Notes under the pieces: generated by a model
The model's database searches: none
The model's input: only the letters and a program-made list of their open reading frames with translations
What the model was told of the DNA's origin: nothing
Part shown: positions 9,142 through 18,309 of the stretch, piece by piece
How positions within the stretch are numbered: position 1 is the stretch's first letter
Layout: the number at the start of each line of letters is the position of its first letter
From: Escherichia coli
GTDB lineage: Bacteria; Pseudomonadota; Gammaproteobacteria; Enterobacterales; Enterobacteriaceae
Assembly: GCF_011045215.1 (NCBI RefSeq)
Contig: NZ_CP049201.1
Length of the DNA stretch: 64,000 nucleotides
Strand: one strand, 5' to 3'
Program-made: the position numbers and the translations under genes

Positions 9142-11664
9142 TTATGCCGGTAACTCCGGGGGTAATGCTTCTTCCAGCCGGTTAACCATATTGCCGAGAT
9201 GGGATGCATCATATTCCATGACGGGGCGTTGCCTGATGATACTGACCACCAGTGGTTTGATTAACATATTGGTCGCGGCCCGTTGTTGTATACCGGCGGC
9301 GAAAATGATCTCCAGAGCATTCTGATCGATAACACGGGCCAGATTCGCGTTCAGATTTTCTGTTTCATGTCCGGTCAGCAGGAAACTGCCGGCAAGCCAT
9401 GTCACCTGTTCCTGAATCATTGCCAGAATTTTGACGCGATCTTCTTCAACCAGCGCTCCGGCAATTTTTCCTGATACAGCGGAGGCAATCATTCCCCCCA
9501 GAACACCGCCAACCACACGCCCTGTCAGTGCACCAAATGGTCCCAGTGGACTGAACAGTATCCCGCCCGCCACTGACCCGACAGCTCCACCTGCCACACC
9601 GGAAGATGCCACGGCAAGATTCCTGATGAACTGCGTACCGGAGATCCGTCCCCGCAACATTTTGATCATGTCAGGGCCGGTTGTGACAGCTACCAGTGCC
9701 AGAGATGTCACCAGCGTACCCTTCATCACTTTGTTCAGGGCACTGATATTTCCTGCACCGGTCCCCTTCTGAAGAGCCAGTCGGACAGTCGGGCTGGCAG
9801 TCGAAAAATCAATGTGCTTCAGCATACCCTGAACAACACTGAGCCGGTGGAGTTGCTGGGTTGTGACGTAGACAGCCAGTGTGCGGGTGAAGGTTTTTCC
9901 TGCCTGGACAGCAGCTGTCTGCAGAGCAGCATCGCGATCGCCGGTGCTGAGCCAGAAGACCGATGCCGTCAGGGCAAAACTGATCCCTCCGGCCGCCAGA
10001 CTGACAACCGAACCCTCGGCAATATCATAAGTGACCGATTCGATGGTCCCGAACCGGGTGATATTACGGGCCTGAGTATAAGTCAGATGTCCCCGACGAA
10101 TCAGCCGGGACGCTTCTGCGGGATCGATTACACCGGGTACTTTACCTTCGCGGATCTTATTCCTCATGGTTTCAACAGCGCCGGCATACTGATCACGGGG
10201 GACTTCCAGTTGCATGGGGCCATTATTTCCCATGTAACGATACTGTCCGTTTTGTCCGTCGAATGCCGCACCGACGCTACGGGCTGCAGTTGAACAATAT
10301 TTCGTCTGGATTTCTGTTCCGCTGACCAGTCTGTCTGCTCCATTTCTGGCATTATTATCACCGAGGATCCGTGCGTTTTTCAGACGGATTCTGTCGACAA
10401 TATGGTTTCCCCGTTCAGCGGCAAACCCATGTCCCTGCCCTCCGGAAGCAAACATTTTCTCATTTGTACTCCAGGTTTCCGGCAGTTTCATGAGAATCAG
10501 ACCATTCGCCGTTGCATCGGAAATAAAACTGTTGTAGGGGCGTTCATAAATTTCCTGACACAGTGTTTCTGTTTCGCGACAAAGAGAGGAGCAGTACCAT
10601 TCCGGATCCGGCTTATGATTTTCCGGGGCATGATGTACTTCTGTCAGCCCGCAGGAGGCACAGACACGAAGCTCATCCACGTGATGGAATGATACAAAAC
10701 GGCGACCTTCTGAAAAGGGATACCAGTCACCGCCGTCCAGGCAACGATCGAGAAAATCGTCATTCGCTTCCGGTGATAAATTCAGGCGGTTCCGGAAGAG
10801 TGTTTTCAGTTCATCAGGTGTGAATGACAGGTTCTCTTTCAACTGTTCGTTAAACCCTGCCATGTTTCTTTCATACCAGGCATTGTTCAGTAACCAGTTT
10901 CCGTCTGCCAGTTCAAATTCCCTCAGCTCTCCCCGGGAAATCCGTTGAGAAATAAGCGTCAGCCAGATGCGCTCCGTCAGTGAGTCAGGAAGGCTGTAAT
11001 CGTTTTGCAAACTGGTCAGCCACGATTTACTGTTGAGCACCGGTTGTTCTTCCAGTGTCTGGCTGATGGCACAGGTCAGTTTTTTCAGCGCCTGGATTTG
11101 GCTGGCCGCCCATAGCAGCGTCACTAATGCAGCCAGCCAGTACAACAACCCGCCCCACCACATCAGTGACGGTGAAATATCGTACTGTAACGCGATCAAT
11201 GGTGCGCATGCAGAACAAGCCATAAGGAAAAAGGCAGTATAAAAACAGCAGTAATATCCGTTAATTTCCTTGCTGATATCTTCTGGTGTGATCCCGTTCT
11301 GCTGAATGTTTTTGATCTGCAGGGGAACAGCCAGCAGACCACCGGCGAGAGCGGTGGTCAGAATAAATTTCACGGAGTCAAAGGTGTGAGACTCCAGCGC
11401 AATATGTTTACCATCAAGTCCCCACATGAAGCTGATGATCATTCCGGCAATCGTCAGAAATACGCCTGCCAGCCAGCGAATATGGAACAACCGGGTTATG
11501 CGTTCGGTGATATAGCCAGCCAGTAAGGCCGGGCCGAACAGACACAGCAATATGAGCCCTGCCAGCGCAGAAGCCGTGCTGATTAATGCTCTGAACAAAA
11601 GGCGAAGAATGGCAAATCCTGCGATCAGCAGGATCAGCGCGCCGACTATCTGTAACATAGTCAC
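9142..11664 (-). CDS. Large inner-membrane protein (YeeR-like by position), 840 aa
   Basis: N-terminal ~200 aa with multiple hydrophobic helices, central cysteine-containing soluble region, C-terminal glycine-rich hydrophobic segment; immediately downstream of the Ag43 gene. Confidence 0.6.
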   Translation of the reverse strand: MTMLQIVGALILLIAGFAILRLLFRALISTASALAGLILLCLFGPALLAGYITERITRLFHIRWLAGVFLTIAGMIISFMWGLDGKHIALESHTFDSVKFILTTALAGGLLAVPLQIKNIQQNGITPEDISKEINGYYCCFYTAFFLMACSACAPLIALQYDISPSLMWWGGLLYWLAALVTLLWAASQIQALKKLTCAISQTLEEQPVLNSKSWLTSLQNDYSLPDSLTERIWLTLISQRISRGELREFELADGNWLLNNAWYERNMAGFNEQLKENLSFTPDELKTLFRNRLNLSPEANDDFLDRCLDGGDWYPFSEGRRFVSFHHVDELRVCASCGLTEVHHAPENHKPDPEWYCSSLCRETETLCQEIYERPYNSFISDATANGLILMKLPETWSTNEKMFASGGQGHGFAAERGNHIVDRIRLKNARILGDNNARNGADRLVSGTEIQTKYCSTAARSVGAAFDGQNGQYRYMGNNGPMQLEVPRDQYAGAVETMRNKIREGKVPGVIDPAEASRLIRRGHLTYTQARNITRFGTIESVTYDIAEGSVVSLAAGGISFALTASVFWLSTGDRDAALQTAAVQAGKTFTRTLAVYVTTQQLHRLSVVQGMLKHIDFSTASPTVRLALQKGTGAGNISALNKVMKGTLVTSLALVAVTTGPDMIKMLRGRISGTQFIRNLAVASSGVAGGAVGSVAGGILFSPLGPFGALTGRVVGGVLGGMIASAVSGKIAGALVEEDRVKILAMIQEQVTWLAGSFLLTGHETENLNANLARVIDQNALEIIFAAGIQQRAATNMLIKPLVVSIIRQRPVMEYDASHLGNMVNRLEEALPPELPA

Positions 11665-11778
11665 TCCGTGATGAATATCATGTTATTGTTAATGCCAGCG
11701 AATGTGGCGTTGAATATCCGTTGCGCCGGTCCGGGTCCCGATCATGATGACCGGGACCACAGAGAGGCGATGGTTCTG

Positions 11779-14628
11779 TCAGAAGGTCACATTCAGCGTG
11801 GCCTGACCGTTATAGCCTTCGGCGCTGTTGCCGCTGACACTGTGGGCATAACCGGCCTGAACGCCCAGGGTGATATTTTCCCGGACACGGGCTTCCAGTC
11901 CGGCCTGCAGGTCCAGTGACGTGCCATTCCGGGACGGTGAAAACGTCATGTTACTGCCGGCGGCGGCTGTACCCATGCTCATGTCACCCCGGGAGCTGAA
12001 AGTGCGGATAACAGAAGGCTGTACCCACCAGTTCACCGGCAGTTCACTCACACGGTGTTTTGCACTGTCGCGCAGAGTGTCACGGGATGAGGTGCCTTCG
12101 CCAAAAGTCATATCGTTGTGGCTGCCCAGACGGAAGCCGGCACGCACATGTTGTGCACTGCCATGCCCGAACTTCACATAACCGGCGTTATCCTGGCCGT
12201 CATCCAGGGAGAGCCCCTGCCAGGTGTACTGCAGTTGTGGCTCCAGCATCAGGTTGTCAGTGATACTGAAGGGCAGACCGGTTTCCAGTGAGCCCAGCCA
12301 GCCCCAGCCCCGGGCGCGGAAGTCGTTATTGTCCGATGACGCTTTCATGCTGTGGCGGGTTCCCTGGGCCACAATGTCAGCCCACAGGCCGGAGGACGTG
12401 TGTACCAGATTCAGGTATCCGCCCAGGCTGCCGGCATCATCCCGGACCGTGCCGGCACGGGAGCCGTCATCATCCTTAACATCAACGGAAGAATGGCCAG
12501 CAGCACCATACACTCCTGTCGTCAGTGACATACCGGCAACCTCTGTTCTCAGCAGGTCACCCTCCAGACGGACGAGGCCATAGCTGCCGCTGCTTTCCGG
12601 CGTGGCCCCACGGGCAATACCACCGTTGTTATCGTGCCCGAGATGACCGCCCTGAATGCTGAGACGGACGCTGTTATTTTCACCGCTTACACCGGTCTGA
12701 TGGCTGCGGGAACCTGCCAGAATCCGGTCATAGTCCATTGCCTGTGTCAGCATGGAGGCATACAGGGGGACTTCAGCACGATAAGCATTTTCACTGCGCA
12801 GGTACCAGTCTTCATCGCTGTCACGGTTCAGGGTGTAGTTAAAGGCGCCGGCCTGAAGCGGGCGACTCAGGGCAAACGCACCTTCTTCTGTGGTAGCACC
12901 ATTCTGTGCATCCACAACCCGGATACCCTGTCCGGAGGTTGCCACCCCGAGGTTACTGTTTCCGACATTTGTAAACGCAAGCCAGGTTTTGCCGGTTGCC
13001 TGACCACCATTAATCACCAGCTGGTCAGAGGCATTACTGCCATCAAGGCTGACACGCATATTGATGGTGCCGCCCTGGCCGGTGAGGTTCGTGGTGGTTA
13101 GTTTATGGAACGTTACCGGGGAGTTACTTTTTGCAACAGCACGGCTCAGCGCGGCATCCGGTGTCGTCTGATTATCAAAGTGAATCTCTCCTGCGTTAAT
13201 AATATCGCCGGTACTGACCACATCACCATTCAGTACCATACTGGCGCCTTTACTGAGCTGTGTTCTGCCACTCAGACTTCCCCCGGCAGCCAGCGTCAGT
13301 GTTCCACGATGTCCGACAGTGGTGTTGCTGGCCAGTCCTCCGGCATTAACCGTAAAGCTGCCGCCATTTTCCAGCAGCAGGCCGCTGGCCTGACCGGATA
13401 TGCCATCAATACTGAACTTACCGCTGGCATTGGTCCCCTCAACAGTGGCACCACTGTCTGCAATCAGGGCACCACCGGATGTCATGGTGACATCTGTTGC
13501 CTTACCACCGGCAGACACTGCCAGGGTACCGCCGTCATCCACCAGTGTTTTCCAGGCTGAATGGCCCTCCAGTACATCCAGGCGACCGCCGGACTCCAGA
13601 ACAACGCCGTCAGCCTTACCGTTTTCCACTGTGAAATTCCCCAGGCGGTTTGTGCCGGTGACAGTTGCAGCAGTACTGGTAACCAGTGCACCGCCCGTGT
13701 TCTGGGTGACTGCAGTGGCTTCCCCGCCGGCATGTACCCTCAGTTCACCGTTCTGATTTATGGTGGTGTTACCGGCAGCGCCACCGGCCTTAACAACCTG
13801 CCAGCCCCCCTCGTTAATTACCGTGTTCAGCGCCAGTCCGTCCTTGTGCACATACTGGTAACCGCCATTCAGTGTGGTATTCAGGGCCCTTCCGTGTACC
13901 GACTGGTCACCACCTGCGTAAATGAGAGTGTCACGGGCTATCCCGGAAGATAAGATAATCTGCCGTCCATTTTTGTTGATGGTGGTGGATTCTGCTGTTC
14001 CCTGGACCTTCTGACCCGTGTACGAGTTGTCAGAATCCGGGCCGCCTTCTGCGCCGGTGTTGATGATGGTTCCTGTTGCCAGCCCGCCACTTTTAACGCT
14101 CTGGTAACCGTCGCGGTTGATAATTGTACCGGTGGCAACCCCGCCCTCATGAACCCACTGCTCGCCTCTGTTATTCAGCGTGGTGTTCACCGCCAGCCCG
14201 TTCAGGCTCTGTCCCCCGCCGTCACGAATAACCGTATCACTGGCTGTTCCCCCCTCCAGCACGACCTGACGACCATTTGTGGTGACAGTGGTGTTTCCGG
14301 CTATCCCGCCATTCTGTATCCATTGCCCACCGGTGTTTTCTTCACTGTCCGGCCCCAGTTCCAGCCCGGTACTGATGGTCATTCCGTTGGCCGTACCGAG
14401 GACAATCTGGTTGTCATGATTTGTCAGTGTTCCGCCGCTCATGGTTTCTCCCGCCTGTACAACCGTGTCAGCAGCCAGTGCCGGGACTGACGTGACAGCA
14501 GCAAGAGACAGCGCAACCGCCACACCGGTGCGTTTTCCCCGTGAGCGGGCCAGTTCGGAGGCCACCACCAGGGTGCCCGTAATGTGATTCCATACCAGCC
14601 TGTAGCTGGTGTTCAGATGTCGTTTCAT
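11779..14628 (-). CDS. flu: Antigen 43 / Cah-type self-associating autotransporter adhesin (949 aa)
   Basis: Extended signal peptide MKRHLNTSYRLVWNHITGTLVVASELARS..., repetitive passenger, C-terminal beta-barrel ending ...GYNGQATLNVTF; length equals the recalled Cah variant. Confidence 0.9.
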   Translation of the reverse strand: MKRHLNTSYRLVWNHITGTLVVASELARSRGKRTGVAVALSLAAVTSVPALAADTVVQAGETMSGGTLTNHDNQIVLGTANGMTISTGLELGPDSEENTGGQWIQNGGIAGNTTVTTNGRQVVLEGGTASDTVIRDGGGQSLNGLAVNTTLNNRGEQWVHEGGVATGTIINRDGYQSVKSGGLATGTIINTGAEGGPDSDNSYTGQKVQGTAESTTINKNGRQIILSSGIARDTLIYAGGDQSVHGRALNTTLNGGYQYVHKDGLALNTVINEGGWQVVKAGGAAGNTTINQNGELRVHAGGEATAVTQNTGGALVTSTAATVTGTNRLGNFTVENGKADGVVLESGGRLDVLEGHSAWKTLVDDGGTLAVSAGGKATDVTMTSGGALIADSGATVEGTNASGKFSIDGISGQASGLLLENGGSFTVNAGGLASNTTVGHRGTLTLAAGGSLSGRTQLSKGASMVLNGDVVSTGDIINAGEIHFDNQTTPDAALSRAVAKSNSPVTFHKLTTTNLTGQGGTINMRVSLDGSNASDQLVINGGQATGKTWLAFTNVGNSNLGVATSGQGIRVVDAQNGATTEEGAFALSRPLQAGAFNYTLNRDSDEDWYLRSENAYRAEVPLYASMLTQAMDYDRILAGSRSHQTGVSGENNSVRLSIQGGHLGHDNNGGIARGATPESSGSYGLVRLEGDLLRTEVAGMSLTTGVYGAAGHSSVDVKDDDGSRAGTVRDDAGSLGGYLNLVHTSSGLWADIVAQGTRHSMKASSDNNDFRARGWGWLGSLETGLPFSITDNLMLEPQLQYTWQGLSLDDGQDNAGYVKFGHGSAQHVRAGFRLGSHNDMTFGEGTSSRDTLRDSAKHRVSELPVNWWVQPSVIRTFSSRGDMSMGTAAAGSNMTFSPSRNGTSLDLQAGLEARVRENITLGVQAGYAHSVSGNSAEGYNGQATLNVTF

Positions 14629-14845
14629 CAGCTTTTCCTTACAGAGGGTGAATAAAAAAGCCGGTACCCACAAATGTGGATACCGGCAGGTACAAAACAG
14701 CATGGTCAGATAAAGTGGTTTTTCCCGGACATAAATGCTTCCCCTCTCTCATCCGCCAGAGAAGTATCAGTCCGTTGTGTGCAATTCCGTTCTGCATGAT
14801 GAAGAGATTCAGCTGCCTTTTCGCAGGCCATTAACCACTACAAAC

Positions 14846-14881
14846 GATCGATACTAACGATCGATACCTGTTTTATCGATC
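14846..14881 (-). promoter_or_regulatory. Three clustered GATC sites: agn43-type Dam/OxyR phase-variation switch
   Basis: aaacGATCGATactaacGATCGATacctgttttatcGATCGtttta about 220 bp upstream of the flu start; GATC at 14846, 14859, 14878. Confidence 0.75.
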
Positions 14882-14999
14882 GTTTTATTCTATTGATAGC
14901 AGGGCAGTCACGCAAGAGAAACAGGAGGGTATGAGGGGTTTGTATCATGTTTTCAGTTGGTTAACGCAATGTAATCAGGCATTTCCCCTGGCAGAGTGT

Positions 15000-15872
15000 T
15001 CAGAAGAAAATCCAGTTCCATACCGCACGGGCAACAGAGACCACCGTGTCACGAACAGCGCGCAGGGCCGTACGGACAACAGAGGCAACACAGACGCTCT
15101 CCGCTGTGTCAAATATCCGGTCCACCGCACCGGTAAACTGTTCACGGGCCTGAGAGCGGACAGATTCCGTGCGCAGCTCGTCCTGCAGTCGGGTCATCAG
15201 GGGACTGGCGGCATGGTCGGGAAGCGCTGTCATGAGCGCACTGACCAGCGTATCCAGTTCCCAGCCGGTGCGGGCCGATACGGCCACAACCGGATGTGCG
15301 GGCCGGAACAGACGGAATACCGCCTCCGTTTTTTCGCGAATGTTCCGTGCCTGTGCGGGAGAGGGCTGAATGCCGGCCATATCCCATTCATGGCAGGGCT
15401 CCGTTTTGTCGGCCTGCGTCACCACAAACAGCACCTGCTGATGTCCCCGGTGCAGGATGTGTCGCCAGAAATACTCATCCACAGACAAGGCACGGTCATC
15501 GGCTTTAATCAGCCACAGTACCAGGTCCAGTTCAGGCAGAATGTCACGGTACAGGGCTTCATACTCTGCATCCCTGTCCCGACTCTCGCCCACCCCGGGC
15601 AGGTCAGTAATAACCATGCTGTGACCGTGGCCACTCAGACGGAAGCGCCGCACTTCCCGGGTGCCGGCGTGAACATCACTGACCGGTGTGACCTCTCCCT
15701 GAAACAGGGCATTACAGAGTGAGGATTTACCGGCCCCGCTTTTCCCCATAATGCCAATCACGGGTTCGTGACTGGTGAGTTTGCGCAGATGTTCCAGGAT
15801 GTGACGGGAAAGTGAGTAAGGCAGGGAGGAGAGCGGTTTTTCAATTGCCTCAATGGCATCAGACGGATTCAT
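15000..15872 (-). CDS. YeeP/YkfA-family GTPase
   Basis: P-loop GIMGKSGAGKSS and G-domain motifs; 290 aa from MNPSDAIEAIEK...; upstream of the Ag43 gene as in CP4-44. Confidence 0.8.
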   Translation of the reverse strand: MNPSDAIEAIEKPLSSLPYSLSRHILEHLRKLTSHEPVIGIMGKSGAGKSSLCNALFQGEVTPVSDVHAGTREVRRFRLSGHGHSMVITDLPGVGESRDRDAEYEALYRDILPELDLVLWLIKADDRALSVDEYFWRHILHRGHQQVLFVVTQADKTEPCHEWDMAGIQPSPAQARNIREKTEAVFRLFRPAHPVVAVSARTGWELDTLVSALMTALPDHAASPLMTRLQDELRTESVRSQAREQFTGAVDRIFDTAESVCVASVVRTALRAVRDTVVSVARAVWNWIFF

Positions 15873-16087
15873 ACATGTATTCCCGGTGAAAAAAGACAAA
15901 ACCCCGCGCACCGGAAAAGTGGCGGGGGACTCACGGAGATAATATCTGCCTAAAATTATTTGGAATGCAGGTATATGCAGCTAATTTGTATCGGCTCATT
16001 AGTACAGAACTAAACCTCATCTGACAGTCCGCTCTGTGCCAAGAGCGGACTTTGCAAAATGGGGGTTATTTCAATCAAAACGTAACG

Positions 16088-17032
16088 TCACAACCAGCCG
16101 ACGCTCTCTCGCCATTTATAATTAGTAACTTTATCATTTTCGCTTATTTTTTTAGATATAGAGCGCGGCTCTCTTCCTAGATACTCAGATATTTCTATCG
16201 GGGACAAATCAAAATCGACAAGCATGACTCTAAGTTTTTCCATTTCCTTTAAAGTCCAAGGCTTGCCATAATTTTCATAAAGAGATACCTTATGCTCCCT
16301 GATAGTTCGCTTTCTCTGAGTTTCACTTTCCCTCTGAAAAATCTCGCTTTTAAATTGTGAACGGAACTCTTTACAGAAGTTGTTATCAGTTTTTTTGTTA
16401 TATAGATTGCTAAAAATAAGCTGGGATGCCGGGTCTAAATCAGGTGTGTTAATAATGAAAACTTTGACCTTTTCCATATAGGGATATTCAATTTTACCCA
16501 ATATGCTTAATTGCTTTATATTAAAAAAACCTCTCAAATCAAAAGATTTAATGAGCTTTGATTGGATTACACTTTCAATCCTGCTTGCATTTGAATAACA
16601 GTACTTTGCCATTGGAAGGGCCCATACTACCAGTTGAGGAATATATTTTTCTAATGCAATGCTCTGCCAATCAGTATCAAAGGTTTGGCTTTTTGCTAGC
16701 ATGTTTTTCGGCAAATCAGAATACATTGTGGTAGATGCCCATATCTTATAATCATTCGCCAAGGCTTGATAGTATTTTGTGTGGTTATGAATTTTATAAG
16801 CTGACATGAAGCGATAAACGTCTTCGTCGTGACCAGCGTCGTAAATTGTTCGATTTCCTCTAAGATAACCGTCGTAATGTTCGGTTATCCTTCTACCTAC
16901 ATTACAACTTACCCCAACGTAAACCACACGACTGAAAAGTCCTTTATGGACAATAAGATAAACTCCGCTACAGCCAGATTTCCTGGCCTCTGATAGAGAA
17001 CCTAAAAATCTCCATTCCATAATTAAATCCAT
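16088..17032 (-). CDS. GIY-YIG nuclease-domain protein, AT-rich, otherwise uncharacterised
   Basis: N-terminal GVYLIVHKGLFSRVVYVGVSCNVGRRITEHY resembles the GIY-YIG catalytic motif; low GC and Asn/Lys/Ile-rich; start uncertain (ATG at 17032 or 17020). Confidence 0.55.
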   Translation of the reverse strand: MDLIMEWRFLGSLSEARKSGCSGVYLIVHKGLFSRVVYVGVSCNVGRRITEHYDGYLRGNRTIYDAGHDEDVYRFMSAYKIHNHTKYYQALANDYKIWASTTMYSDLPKNMLAKSQTFDTDWQSIALEKYIPQLVVWALPMAKYCYSNASRIESVIQSKLIKSFDLRGFFNIKQLSILGKIEYPYMEKVKVFIINTPDLDPASQLIFSNLYNKKTDNNFCKEFRSQFKSEIFQRESETQRKRTIREHKVSLYENYGKPWTLKEMEKLRVMLVDFDLSPIEISEYLGREPRSISKKISENDKVTNYKWRESVGWL

Positions 17033-17494
17033 AATTATTGCTACTGTTTTTGTTTATCATTATTTTCGTGAAACTTCAACAATTTTATCCAAAAGCTAAG
17101 GGCAAAGACTTATATAATTATACTTGTCATCGTTAGCGATTATATAGAGTAGTGGCGCTGACCTGCTCCCTGGTGATTCACACAGAATGCTGTTAGTAAT
17201 GTCCGTTCCTCGCTCAAAGCAGACCATTCGCTCAGTTAACGCATCAGTGTCGTGCTAAAAGTAGACGTGGTTAACAACAATGTGAGTTAATCAACGGAGA
17301 GCAGGTCAACTCTAACCTGTATCAAAAAAACAAATGTGTCACAAAGATGCCGCATGCCTTAATTTGAGTATAATTGAGACGGAAGTAGACGGTTTATGGC
17401 TAAATATTGTTGATATATAGCTATTTGAAGAGTTGTAGCGCAAGTGTATAGCCCAAACTAATAACGCTACGCCCCTTACCTTTGACGCGTCTTA

Positions 17495-17803
17495 TCAAAG
17501 AGCGGCGATGATGCACAGCCCGCACGAGGCAATATTCGCACAAGAATCAGGTTCAGAAATAACCTGATCTGGCATGGTGGGGAGAGTATCACTGAGCAGG
17601 CTTTCGGTAAAATGCGGCGGGATGAGGTCGGCGTGGGTTGCAGCAGTACAATGTCGCCCGCAGAGGGTAAGCCACAGCGCGGGATCCTCGGTTTCTATCA
17701 GGGATTCGACGAAGTGGGCGCAGTTGTCGACCAAGGCGGTGAAATCCATAGTGACATTATAAGGAAACGAACAATAGATCGAGTAAATCGCAGTCAGGGA
17801 CAA
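17495..17803 (-). CDS. Hypothetical ORF (weak)
   Basis: 102-aa ORF in intergenic space; no recognisable motif. Confidence 0.2.
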   Translation of the reverse strand: MSLTAIYSIYCSFPYNVTMDFTALVDNCAHFVESLIETEDPALWLTLCGRHCTAATHADLIPPHFTESLLSDTLPTMPDQVISEPDSCANIASCGLCIIAAL

Positions 17804-18024
17804 GGATTGTAGTCATAGAGAAGTCTCCTGTAACGGTTTTCAGGAAGCTAATCCCGACGCCTGATTTTGCAGGCGCGGAAGGAGAAGATACTGCGGCCAT
17901 TAATCCGCCACAAGGCATTTACGTGCATAAATCGCGCAGTCAAATCCGACTCCCACTGTAGTTCTTGAACCTGATACCACATTTAGCTAATTTAGCTAAC
18001 TTATCTATTATACCAGTGGTTGCC

Positions 18025-18270
18025 ATGAATATGAATGAAGACGAGATTTATCGCCATATCCGGCAGGCACTTTCCAGTGCGCCTCGTAACCAGTACACCG
18101 TCGAGCTGCACCTGCAAATGATTAAATATGCCGACAAACTGGAACACATTACGGCAAAAGCCTTTTGCGAAGGCACTGGTCTGAACCAGAGCCTCGGTAC
18201 CGAATTCAGCAAAATGCGTAACTTAACCCATCGGTTAAAGGCCGCCGGTCTGAATACCGATCTGCTGTAA
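18025..18270 (+). CDS. Small hypothetical protein upstream of hsdM (81 aa from MNMNEDEIYRHIRQ...)
   Basis: Co-oriented ORF ending 40 nt before hsdM; function unknown. Confidence 0.4.
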   Translation: MNMNEDEIYRHIRQALSSAPRNQYTVELHLQMIKYADKLEHITAKAFCEGTGLNQSLGTEFSKMRNLTHRLKAAGLNTDLL

Positions 18271-18309
18271 CCGACTTACGGCACATTATCGCGCAAAACG
18301 AGATATTTA

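Noticed and set aside
11870-14490. Plus-strand ORFs antisense to the Ag43/Cah gene (for example 12634..13101, 13105..13560, 13561..13953)
   Set aside because: Embedded in the repetitive autotransporter passenger region on the opposite strand; same artefact as in cdiA.
14931-15722. 263-aa plus-strand ORF
   Set aside because: Antisense to the yeeP-like GTPase gene, which carries clear P-loop motifs; the plus-strand product has no recognisable features.
17965-18024. Extended N-terminus (MNLIPHLANLANLSIIPVVA) of the small ORF upstream of hsdM
   Set aside because: The extension is hydrophobic/low-complexity and overlaps an AT-rich promoter-like region; the internal ATG at 18025 is the more plausible start, and even that ORF is kept at low confidence.
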